Assembly: GCA_001179505.1 (NCBI GenBank)
Contig: CDMY01000609.1
Location: 1-43,370, forward strand
DNA: 43,370 nt
Direction of reading: 5' to 3'
Origin: Vitrella brassicaformis CCMP3155
Lineage: Eukaryota > Protista > Chromerida
Every line of letters begins with the position of its first letter. Positions within the stretch are counted from its first letter, which is position 1. Shown in pieces: positions 23,601 to 34,780 of the stretch. The notes under the pieces are model-generated. The model was not told the DNA's origin. It searched no databases and was given only the letters and a program-made list of their open reading frames with translations. The position numbers and the translations under genes are program-made.

Positions 23601-26052
23601 GCCTGCTCCATGAGACCAGACAGACAAGCCTCGCTTGTGTCTCGCTCTTACGGCAGGGCGACCCTGGCACGGGACAGGTCCATCCACCCTGGAGGATACA
23701 GAGAGAAGAGCATCCGTCCCCTGTATGTGCACAACCAGGCATGCACATACATACGTATGGACGCAGAGCGGATACGTACATTGTGCTAACAATGATACAA
23801 CATGCGTGCAACGATGTACGTGATGTACATACCAGTGTCTGTGTTCCCGTCGTCACACTGTTCAGAGCCCTTTAGCTGACCATCACCGCAGACCGCTGCA
23901 ATCATTCATGAGACAGACACACCGTGTACGCCTTGCCATGTAATATATTCATGTGTGCTTACAATTGCAAGGGGATCCAGGCATAGGACACGACCAGCCC
24001 GATTCTATACTGCAGCCAGCGCTGCAGCCATCGTCTGACATGGACACGACAGACAAGACACGCCATGTGCTCGTCTGCAATTGGCGATGCATTATTCATT
24101 GTACATGCATGTTACTTGACATACCGTCGATTTCATTGTTGTCGTCGCAACTTTCACCAACATCAATACTCCCATTGCCACACACCGCTGCACAACGTAG
24201 AGCCACTGCTTTTCGTGCATACATATGCTTTGGCTTTTCTTGGCGAACCTGTTTCGTCGATGCAAGTCGACGAGCATCCATCGCCATCAACCTGCGAAGA
24301 GACATGATAGTGATTGTGGTGCCCAAAGCAATAAGCACGACCGTCATTTGTCTCACGTTATTTCCGTCGTCGCACTGTTCATTTCCACCTTTATAGCCGT
24401 CGCCGCTTTCACCACACAAACAGATGTAATGGCACCATCACACGTACACAAGTGACTTGCGTACGTACCATATGTTAGTCTCACAACACCGATAATCAAA
24501 GGAGACGTCGAATGAATCTAAGGGTCAAGCAACACGCGTGCGTCTGCCTGTGAATGAGCTTATTCTCTTAGATGATCCTTCCTCACTTCCAACTGTGTCT
24601 GATTCGTAGTGCACCGTCATGTTGATAGAGTTGAGCCCTTCATACGCCTCGCAGAAGATCGGAAAGAGTTTGAGCTGCCGCCAACTGTCCTCTGAAACAT
24701 AGATCGGCAATCAAATCATTATCAACAAGCAATCAAGCTGACTCACCACTAAAACTAATCCCATGACCGCCGGGTTTTGCTGGAATGTGAAACGATTGGC
24801 AGGCAATACTGTTCTTCTGGGCTGTAGAAAAAGCAGACAGGTCGGTACACCTGTATTCCCAGCGAAACCAATCCTGCGCAGGATGATGCTTGAGCCACAT
24901 GCGAGTGAAGACAGCGTTGCCGGGACAGGCGAGAGGAGAGCTGGAGTCATATATTTGGACGAAGACCTTCTGGCCTAGCGCATTATCGTCGTGCCATATT
25001 GTGACTAGGCTCGTTTCCGTCCGTGGGGGATGGGGACAGCACCAATAGAACCATGCCCCTTGGTCGCCTAGATTATTGACACAACAGAGAGAGAGGGAGA
25101 AAGCAAGCAAGCAAACATCGGCTCACTTTGTGCATCCTCCTCGTGTGTGTATCACGATAGATGGATACCTGTTTCTAGCAGTCGATGGCCGAGAAGCGCC
25201 GATCCTCCGCAGTCCATGTCGTGTTGCTCAAACGATGTGAAGTCGTCCACGGTGCGCCACTCCCAGCCAATGTGGCAAGGGAAGCCTGCAAAGATTTCAA
25301 AGGGAAACAGAGAGCTCTGCTTTGCCTGTGTCTCCTAGAGATTGTGGCTGGCTTAATGCCTACGGAAGCAATCTGACTCTTGGAGGCCGATAGCAGTACA
25401 GTCATCCGTGCAAATCTTGCGGCCAGAAAAAGAGTCGACCTCAGCATCGGAGCCCATAATCTGGTCTGTCATCGCGCACAGCTTTGTTCCGTTCTTCCAC
25501 TCGAAGGCTGCACAGTCGTCTCTCGATAGACACATTGCCGCACACTCCTCCTTTTCGTCTATATAATACGATGTGAAAGAATCCAGGACGCTGCCGCTAT
25601 ATCGCCAATCAGGTGGACTCCATCTTATGACGCCATTTGCGGCCGATGCACACGTAGACGAGCAGATGGAAGGGTTTCCAGAGCCGCCAGGATCGTAGCA
25701 GTTGTAGTTTGTCTCTATGTCACCTGAAAGGACATGCGTACAATAAGGACGGACGTTTTCTGCGGCACACACGCCTCTTGTGTTGACTTTTGTGGCTTAC
25801 AGTTTTCATCGCAGCCATCGCCAGGGATGAGGTTGCCGTCGTCGCATTGCTCTCCAGCCTCTCTGTGGGCATCCCCACAAACAGACGTCGCTGCGAAACC
25901 ACACGCATGAGAGCCATGATGGGCGGTGCCATGCACTGTGATCCCTGTTGTCTGCGAACGAGAACTCTACCTTTGGTGCATTGAAGCAGCCATGCGCAGA
26001 TGAGAAGAAGGGAGAGCGCCAGACGCCTGCTCGGAAGGCCCCAGAGCGTCAT
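14611..26052 (-). CDS. Large polycystin-1/adhesion-receptor-like surface protein: signal peptide, Cys-rich CGDG-x-CDDGN repeats, PAN/apple-like domain, REJ/GAIN-like stalk, GPS, multi-TM region and cytosolic IQ motif(s)
   Basis: ATG 26052 encodes MTLWGLPSRRLALSLLLICAWLLQC. Cys-rich repeats include VCGDAHREAGEQCDDGNLIPGDGCDENC, CGNGSIDVGESCDDNN and VCGDGQLKGSEQCDDGN. PAN-like: CAAMCLSRDDCAAFEWKNGTKLC. GPS: CAFWNNTIKQWDTQGC...CECDHLTDF, followed by TM1. IQ: AAVLIQLHWRAILERK. PKD1-type TM block: VQRTLFFGSISLGILTMCAVFF...LRQIAVLIWSVILSKPVPLLLIFLFRK. Stop at 14611. More than 25 exons. Confidence 0.82.
17254..17553. other. Assembly gap (300 N)
   Basis: N run. Confidence 0.99.
18920..19269. repeat. 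119-bp tandem repeat (about 3 copies, running into the gap)
   Basis: GTGCCGATGGCTATGTCAGC recurs at 18974, 19093 and 19212. Confidence 0.95.
19270..19569. other. Assembly gap (300 N)
   Basis: N run. Confidence 0.99.
21690..21930 (-). other. GPS (GPCR autoproteolysis site) motif split over two exons
   Basis: C-x-F-W...W...GC and C-x-C-x-H-L-T-x-F pattern, immediately upstream of the first TM helix. Confidence 0.85.
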
Positions 26053-27544
26053 CAGCAGATCAGCAGCTGAACATCATTCATTGACTGTCCCTGCCACTGC
26101 GTGGCCTTACGTAACGCACAAATTCCAAAGTAGACCACTGTGGATGTGGGGCCACACGATCGAAGATGACGGGGCCATATTGATTGGCTCAAGCTGCTGT
26201 ACATCCTGGTGACAATTGGAGTCGACGCCCCATCTCTACTGTCGTTCTCCAATCGTTTCCTCACCAATGCAGCTCTTCCTCCCCAGGGCTCTCTCTCGGC
26301 CTCCTCCCCAGTGAAGAGCACTCATTTCGTGGCTCAGTCACGAGGAGATGCCTCCTGTCATGAGATCTCTGAAATAAGCACCTGTCACACATCCTATTCG
26401 GTTTCGTATTGCTCCGAGGCCCTAATCTTTCGTGATGAAACAAGTGGTTCGTTTGCAATGAAGGAGGAGCAGCATGGCCATGAGATGAGGGGCGGGCTGA
26501 GTCATCTGTGGACAAGGAAGAGGTCAGCAGCACCCCTATTGGTCGATGTTCTCCCCTCAGCGCGGCTTGCAATGACAGCGACAAGTTGGCGAATGTCCAA
26601 TATCAGGGAGTAAGAATACCAGAAGAAGCGAAAGTCTTGAATCTAAACCGTAAAACAAGAAATCTACCCCAAACATTGTCGAGGAACAGATAAAGAAAAT
26701 AGGGGAATTACAGGAGGGGAAAACCGACGAACAAACGTAGAAGAATGCTGCTTCATTTAGACGACAGCATTGCCACGATGGATAACACTAGTGGAGCTAC
26801 AATAGCATTATCTGTTGGTTGTCAGCGGTTTCAGGCAATACCCTAGGGGGCCTGACGGCGTGATCCCATGTCTGTCCATCCCAACATGCAACATGCACCA
26901 CGCACCCCAACATGCAACACGCAACACGCACACGCAGCACGCAAAGGGCAGAAGCAGCTAAGGGGTGGATATGCAATGCGCTGCAAACGACGGCAACATA
27001 TGAGCAGACAAGTAACGTCGCACGCCCGCCCGCCACCCGGCGGGCGGCCAGAATGGGGCGGCCCCACGGCGGCGTGCGTCTTGGACCATGGTTCTTTACG
27101 TACATACCGCACACCCCCAGCTGGCCAGCCAATGCAGATCGACCAGTCACACGCAAATATGCCCTTGACACGAACACACACGGGGAGATGAGGATGTCCG
27201 AAAGCGAAGCGCACCGCCGCTCCACTCTCCACGGCGGAGAGTGGGCTGGCGGCAGGCGGCCGGCTCGCAGACACCCACAAAGCATGCTCGTACACACACC
27301 GCAGGAAAAACACAGGGGCAGACACACACAGGCCAGGGAGGTCCGCAAAGAGCCACGCAACCGGACACCGTGCCGATACACACACCCCACGCTACACGCC
27401 CTCATACGAACATGCTAGTCGATGTATAGGAACACCGATAGCCCAGCCCCAGACACACACATATAAACACACATACACACACAGGCACAGTGAAGTCACA
27501 TGCGTACGAAAGGAAGGCGCGACACAGTGTGAGCTTTGCTGCAG

Positions 27545-28333
27545 CTTCTCGCGCTGCTGCTGTTTGACATTATCATATCGTCGTTGGTGCCTGAGAACTG
27601 GACGCGCAGACAGTACCTCTTCATGTTCGGCGGGACCCTTGAGAATGTCCTTCTTGACCCGCTCCACCACAGCCTCAAGCCTCGCGACACCGCCCTCCCC
27701 CTGCAGACGCGGCAGACGGAGTTGCGTCACACCCTCTACAAGGAGACCATGGAGGAGGGGAAGAAGGGCATTAAAAGGAGAAGGAAGACGACACGAAGAA
27801 GAAGGAAGACGGCACGGAGAACAAGAAAAAGCGCAAGAAGAACGAATTCGACAATGAAGAGGACGACGAGAAGAGCAACAAAAACCACAAGGACCAGCAA
27901 GGCGGCAAGTCGCCCCTGACCAGACCAGCAGGTGAGACGGGTGGTGTGTGTTGGGTAGTGAGTGTGGTGTGTGTGTGCAGGGTGTGCATGTTGAGCAAGT
28001 ACGGCATCTGCAACAACGAATTGGGCGCCAACTAAGCCGTGCGAGGTGTGTGGCAGACGCACATGCGTAAAGTGCCACAATCCCCTCAACTACACGGGAC
28101 ACAACGAGAATGTGCTCCTGCTCATCAAGCTGGGCCAGAAGAACAAGATGTGCATCGTCTGTCTGCGCGAGGCTCTCATCAAGGTGAAGGATGAACACGC
28201 ACACGCATACATGCATGTCCTCACGCATGTGCAGGTGCTCGAAAACCGAGCCAAGAAAAACATGGAGAACGGACATGCGAAGGCGTACAAGAACGAGAAC
28301 ATCCTTCAGGAGACCCGTGCGGGCACCATGCAG
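27545..28333 (+). pseudogene. Multi-exon gene with an N-terminal hydrophobic segment, K/E/D-rich linker and Cys-rich putative zinc finger; apparent +1 frameshift at 27773-27776
   Basis: Exon from 27545 reads LLALLLFDII...ETMEEGKKG, then the frame shifts to KEKEDDTKKKED...LTRPA|GTGAG. The next exon has CEVCGRRTCVKCH...MCIVC, followed by VLENRAKKNME...GTMQ|GTAAC. Confidence 0.55.
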
Positions 28334-28760
28334 GTAACACAGCTACGCACACACACACACACACACACACACGGGACGGGACGGGACGGGACGGGGCGGG
28401 GCGGGGCGGGGCGGGGCGGGGCGGGCACACACCACAGACACACGGGGACGGGCGGGCGCACACCACACACACGCACTGACTTTTGTCGCATCGCCTGTGC
28501 CATTTTGCTTGAATGAGATGACTATGCGCCTGATTTTGACACTGACAACAGATGGACGATAGTTTTAGAAGCCTTCATTTTAAGCATCCAGAAGCTCGCA
28601 CGCGCTTCAAGCTCGCACGCATAAGCAGATCGATCGTGCCCCCCAGATGTTTTGGGGCCAGAACTTCCATCCATAACTCGAGCATGTCCGAGCATACTGT
28701 TTGTCCTCTCTCACCCGTGCGGGGGACTGTGAGAGTCCTTCAAGGGGATGGCGATGAACC

Positions 28761-29441
28761 ATGCAGCGATGCTCTGATGTGAGCAGCAACTGGTCCCAGC
28801 CCAGCCTTCGAACCAATCTGCTGGACGACGGCCGCTGTAACAAATTCAGGCCCCCTGCACAGCAGCCAGCACAGGAAGGGATAGCACAGGCGACGGACTG
28901 TCCTCCCTTCACTAACGTCGCGACCGGTGCAGCTGACAATGCGACAAGTGATCGACCACCTACATACAAAGACAACGGCGCTTCAAGACTCCAGCAAAGT
29001 AGGACAACGAGCAGTCATCTGATGAGGCGGCAGTCCACATTCATGACAGCAGCCCTCTCTTTTATTAGCACGGAGCCAGCGCTCGCTCGAACTGTCAATC
29101 TGCAGTCAGCTTTGGCATCTCTAGAGGTCTCACCTTGCTACCTCCGCACCCTGTCAGACCAAATCAGGCTGTACTCTCTTATCGAAGTCACCGTCCTGCT
29201 CTACACCAATCTGATGGTGTTAATTACTAATCGGATATTGAACATCGCCGCGTCATCTGTCACTTTTGGACAAGGAATTGCGGGCCTGCGCGTGCTGGTG
29301 AGCATCGAATGCGCTTTCGAAGCGGTTCTTTTTCTCGTGATGGTCCGATGGAACAACTTCCCTCTGCTGTCATCCAGTTACAAGAAAGACGTCACGTGCT
29401 GCGAATTTCTCACGTGCCTCTGGATGGGGATCCGCGTGTAA
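28761..29441 (+). CDS. Hypothetical membrane protein ORF or exon (2-3 TM helices); may belong to the gene at 27545
   Basis: 226-codon ORF with a polar N-terminal half and hydrophobic LYSLIEVTVLLYTNLMVLIT and VLVSIECAFEAVLFLVMV segments. Confidence 0.5.
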   Translation: MQRCSDVSSNWSQPSLRTNLLDDGRCNKFRPPAQQPAQEGIAQATDCPPFTNVATGAADNATSDRPPTYKDNGASRLQQSRTTSSHLMRRQSTFMTAALSFISTEPALARTVNLQSALASLEVSPCYLRTLSDQIRLYSLIEVTVLLYTNLMVLITNRILNIAASSVTFGQGIAGLRVLVSIECAFEAVLFLVMVRWNNFPLLSSSYKKDVTCCEFLTCLWMGIRV

Positions 29442-30498
29442 GCTGTGATGGAGACACAGACACTGTTATATGTTGCAAGGATGGACCCTTGTCTGTCGCT
29501 CCCTTATCCCTGTCCTCTTTCTGCCTTTCCTGTCTGTCTGTCTGTCTGTCTGCCTGTCTGTATGCAGTGCATCGCTTATGCTTCCGTATCTTGAAGTCTT
29601 CGTGCTTCGTATGGTGGATGCCGACAAGGGGGGCGAGGTTCAGCCTGCAGATATGTGCCCATATTTCTCGTTTATTTTCTAGAGAGACACCGACATCATT
29701 CATTCCTTAGCTTGCTCGGCGGTGTACAGGTAATACAGGCCATTTACCTGTAGTATGGGGATATACGATGCGTGCTTGCTTAATCGTGCGTGCGGAGGAC
29801 AGACAATGCTCAATCAATGCTTTCTCACGTGCTTAGCGGGAGGGATGGGATTTGGGCGGGGTGGAGGACGTGTCGTTGGAGTATGTGCGCGACCTGCTGG
29901 GCCGCCTGCGTCAGGAGATTGATGTCGAGATTACTGCTCGTGAAGAAGGCAATGCAGACGACAACACACAGGCGGGCAGTGGCACACCGGCAGGCAGTGA
30001 TGGTTGGGTGGCAGAGAGTGACGCATAGAGGAAAGTCTATGTATGTATTCTCTCTATTTGTGTATGAGGGCGAGGTGGAGGGCCAGGAGTAGACGGACTA
30101 CCAGCAACAGCAGCAAGCATATGTGTCTCCGTGTGGGTGGTGTGAGTGTGGGTGACGGCAGCGCTTCTCGCACGTATGTATCAACGGAGTGAGAGCCTTC
30201 AAGTTGATACATGAGTACCTCTATCTACTTGTCTACATTTATGACTTCCATGTGTATATACTAATGGACCAGCACAAGTAGCTCTACATATGAATAAACC
30301 GCATCTCTGTATGTGTGTACTGATGGACCAGCATCTATAAATAATCAATCAACACTCTCGCATGACTGGCATCACGCACGGTGGGCGCTGGCGATCACGG
30401 CGACCACTGACCGAATCTTCAGAATCCATGGTCGAAGAGGGCCATCCCGATACCGCCCGCGCCTCGCCACATCTATGTTACCCCACCCCGCAAGTCCT

Positions 30499-33400
30499 CT
30501 ACGACCACGGATTCGTGGGAGTTAGTTTCGATGGTAAAACCCGCTGCTGCACTATGTCTCCCTTTTTGTCGTCCTTGGAGGCGTCGGCCTCCTTATTCTG
30601 GGTGCCAACTGTATCGAAGAAATCAAATTCGGCTTGCGCCTTCTCCTTTTCTTCCTTTTCCTTCTTATCTCTGGCCTCCTTCTCTTGATCTGTAAGTTAC
30701 GCTTACATGAGAAAAGAAGTCGACAGATCTAGAGGATGGTGAGCTGATTTATGCATGCCTGTTTCCAGGTGGTAGTCTCGCCGAACATTCCCGTCCTTGT
30801 CTTTCACCACCAGTCCACGCTTGTCTTTCGCCGGCTTGATCGTCACGAGCTTGTCCAGGTCTCTCCTCAACAAACACATCAGCATGAAGACAGACTCTTT
30901 CGGCCGATTGTCTGCCTCCATCTGTTCCTTTGCCGTTTTTGTCCTTTTGTATGACTTTCTCTTGGCTGCTCCTTCTTGCTTGTCTTCCTGTCCTCCTTCG
31001 TCTTTTCGCCAGACCACGTCGCTGAGCCAGGTGCCGTAGGGTCCGTCATCAGGGACTTTAGCTTGCTCCTCTTCCGCCACTCCGCTTTCGTCGGCTACAG
31101 CGAATGGTGAGGCCTTGGATTGTTTTTTGGTGTCGCTGTCCTTCTTCTGCCTCGTCTCTTTGACACAGCCAAAATACTCCTCTAGCGGCAACCAAATTTC
31201 GACGATTTGCACGCGGCCCGCTGCTCCGAAAGAATAAGAGTGGTACCCGGTTCCAGCCGAGCCGATTGCTCTACGTAAAAGGGGATTCAGGAAGAGAGCC
31301 AATGAGTCTTTGCATGTGTGCTTTGAGGGTGAGCATGTTACGTGAGCAAAAAGAGGAGACCAAATTGGAAGAGCTCCATGACAGTGAGCGCGGCCTTCTT
31401 CCAATTGCTGTCCACAAAGAGATCCTCAATTAACCCGCTGAGAAGAGCGTGGATGGTGAAGGCGACGAAGATAAAAATGTGTGTCACAGGTCACCCTGCA
31501 ATAATTTATTGGAGACGTGTGCAACAACCTTCATATCACACACTTCATCCACCACGAGAATGGCCCATATGTCCTGCACAGTGCACATATATAATAACCT
31601 TGCAAAGCGGCCAATCCTTGTCTCTTTGTCCCTCGCTATCACCTCTGCCAACGTCAAAAGACTTATAACGAGGCCGATGTTGAATTCGGCGTTGCACCAC
31701 TCTATGTGCAAACCAGGAAGAGAGACAGCTGCCCAGAGGAGGAATAGAAGCATGGCGCCGACGACGCAGACGATCACAAGCGACATGATGAAGAGGATGT
31801 TGCTTCGCTCGGCTTGTTCGTCGACGGGCTCTGACAAGCAGGCACCGGCTCGGCGTCGGAGCTAGCAAGATAGAAGGACGAGTTGCGTAGGGAGCTCGGC
31901 GACTCGCCATTAATTGTCACTGTCAGCAACAAAGTTCAGAGGACGCCCTCATTCAACTGCAAGAGACTTGGCATTCCATTGATCCTTATCACCTGAGTGG
32001 TTGGCGGTGATGTCTATGATTATGCTGCCTTCGGAGACCATCGTCATGAGTGTCGTAAACCCATTGATCTGGGGGAACTCCGTTAGATCCACTTTGTCCT
32101 CGTCAATGCTGGAGATGCTGACGTGGCCGGGGACATTCGAAATTGCTCTGCAATCAGACACAAACACAAACACAAACGAATACGCGCACACACACAGAGC
32201 ATGTATTACAGGGAACGGGGAGCTTGGCTTACAATGTGGCTGCATATGAGGAGCTGTATCCGTTGCGGAGCACTGAAGGCCAAAAAAGACACGGCGTTTG
32301 AGATTGAACTCCACGTCGTGCTTGCACCTACCGTCGTCACCGCCCCCACTGATAAGGGTATCCCTGGGCAAGCGTCCAGACCATCCATCGAGAGTATTGG
32401 CTTTCGAATTCCCCGTCAGCACGTCCCCGCCTGCTTTCGAGCCCGTCAGCGTATCGATCACTGTGTCTTCGAAGAGCGCCAAGCGTTTGGGATACTCCAA
32501 CCGTAAGCAGCTGATCTCATTCGTCGCTCGAGAGAGACTGTACACTTTACATGCGCATCATCAGGATCGTCATCATTCACCTTCTCGATCACCACTTGGT
32601 TGGTGTCAATGAGCGATGAAAGGTTCTGTCCCATCCAGAAGTTTCGCGGCAGGAGCCGAGCAGGTGTAATATTGCGCATCTCGATTGTGTGCTCTTGGTC
32701 CAGGCAAACTGTGTGATGAGAATGTCGCCATCGGCCTTGTCGACCATGCGAGACATGATGGAGCTAGGCGTGTTAACACCCGGAAACGCACCAAGGTCCA
32801 GGATGTTGGGGTACAAACTGTCACGCCAACTCAGTTTGGGGCTGAATTCGTTGATTTGGAGTTAATTGGTTGTGTTCGGCGTGCGCAGGAAGACAAAAGT
32901 ATCTCGCCTTGTATCGTAGCCGCTAAAATATCGCCCCGTTTCATCTTCTCCCCCAAATAGGTAGTATCTCCCTCCGGCTGCAGCATGTAATCCGGGTCTG
33001 TACCTCCTTTGATGGTGCAGCTGACGCAGTCAGAGTTGAATGACCTCAGGTCGTTGTAGCCCATTTCTCGATACCCATGTGAATTGACCGTCAAGGCTGC
33101 GAGGCCTTCGATCCAGATGGTTGGGACGTATGTGTGAATAACATCCGCCCAGTCGGTGCCGATCACTTTTGTGATGGTGCTGTTCGCGTGGATGATGATG
33201 CGCTTCCCATTCCTTGCAGAGGTGCAATTCAGGGTCGCGACTTGTTCAAGAGGTGGACTCGGCTCTTCTGTTGGCGTGACAGCGGGAGGGCTATTAGTCG
33301 ATAGATCTTCAAACAGAAGCTCACAGTCATCAGTGGGGTTGTCGCGGACAGAGTCAGAGATATCTTCAAGCTCGAGAAACCCATCAATCACCATCATCTT

Positions 33401-34589
33401 CAGTGGTGTTGCTGACATAGATCAAGGGAGACATAATGCAAGGCGAGGGAAGAAAAGAGTTGCTTGCATTGCTGCCTGGTATGTATTGCGCATGGATGTG
33501 TCGCATATGTAAGGGTGCAAATCTGAAGTTTGCCTCAGCAAGGTCGTTCGGTAGCACGCTTTTGATCCGGAGCGAGTTCTTATCATCGAGCTGCATCGTC
33601 GTGTCTGTGGCATTTCCAGTTAGTAGAGGCTCAACAGCAGACCACCGGGAGAGATCGCTGAAATCAACGACGCTGATCGCGTCTTCGAAATCGGGCATCA
33701 TATCCATGATTGTCAAAGATGTTGTGTTGACGCTATTGTCGAGGCGAAAGTAATCTCCGTCAGTGTCGTTGCCGCCGTAGAGGATATTCTGCGGTCCTGC
33801 AGAAGGATAGAGACTGTCGGCTCCTTCTCCACCATCGAGGTGACAGCGATCATGATACGACAGCCTGCAATAGAGAAAGTCGGTTCCATTGAGGCCCTCG
33901 AGGTGGGTATCTGAGACGTAGCTGAAGATGGGTAACCATACGTTTTCCGTGTTCGTCTGTCGACCCTTCGTCGTGTGGGTCTCACCTGGAAATGTAGTCG
34001 CCAAAGTTGGTCCCCTGCACTCTGCTGATTGAGCAGTTCGGCCGTATTGTTATGCGCCGGCCGCCGGTGGATGCGAGAGAGCAGTTTAAGGTGAATTTTT
34101 CGACTTTGTCTCCATCCTCAACAACGCAGCCCTCCAATGGATCACCCTCAACTCCATAGTCATTTCTGATTGAGACATCGCCATCAGCCAGCAGAGCTAT
34201 AAGGGAATCATTTGCCGCTGAGACACATGAGAAAACACATCACACATCTGCTTCACGTGTTTGTCTTGTCGTTGCTTACACCACTGGGGGGACCAACCAC
34301 TGCTGCCGAAGAGTACGTAAGCACCTGCTTCTCCGTTGCCGTCGCCCGACATAACACTGTTCATAATGGAATTGGAAGAGATGATGATGTCAGAGACACC
34401 ATCCCTTGCAGCCACACAAAGGACGAAGTGCACGCACGGCAGTGGATTAATGACGATGAGGTGAAGGTGTTTGCTGATCACTTTTTGGTGGAGCGGGAAG
34501 CGCACCGACCGGTGTGCCGTCCGAGAGCATGTGGAAGAAAATGCTCGGGAAAAGCAGGGCCTGGACCAAAAGGAGCGAGAGAGAAACAC
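30499..34589 (-). CDS. Multi-exon membrane protein: FG-GAP-like repeat, three RTX/hemolysin-type Ca-binding-like modules, 3-4 TM helices and a charged cytosolic tail; 5' end unresolved and possible frameshift near 31840
   Basis: FG-GAP-like: DGVSDIIISS...GEAGAYVLFG. Gly/Asp repeats: LDGGEGADSLY...ILYGGNDTDGD and GGDVLTGNSKANTLDGWSG...DTLISGGGDD. D-x-x-D-L/F boxes are present. TM segments include SNILFIMSLVIVCVVGAMLLFLLWAAV and IFIFVAFTIHALLSGL. A K/E-rich tail follows. Confidence 0.7.
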
Positions 34590-34780
34590 GTTGCAGCCCC
34601 TTCTCCTTTCCTTTGACGTGTGAGTGGCTGCCTACATCAGGGTAGAGCAGAGGACATGTCGTGCCAGGCGACGTGGCCGCGATGTTTTGCAGGAAGGCCT
34701 GCTGGTCCAGGTTGCCGCAATGGGGCGGTCCCGCGACAGGAGGCCATAGATCGGATTAAGCAGGAACTCCCTCGGGATCG

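Noticed and set aside
27026-27047. 9-bp GC hairpin
   Set aside because: Short and expected by chance in GC-rich low-complexity sequence; not a terminator context.
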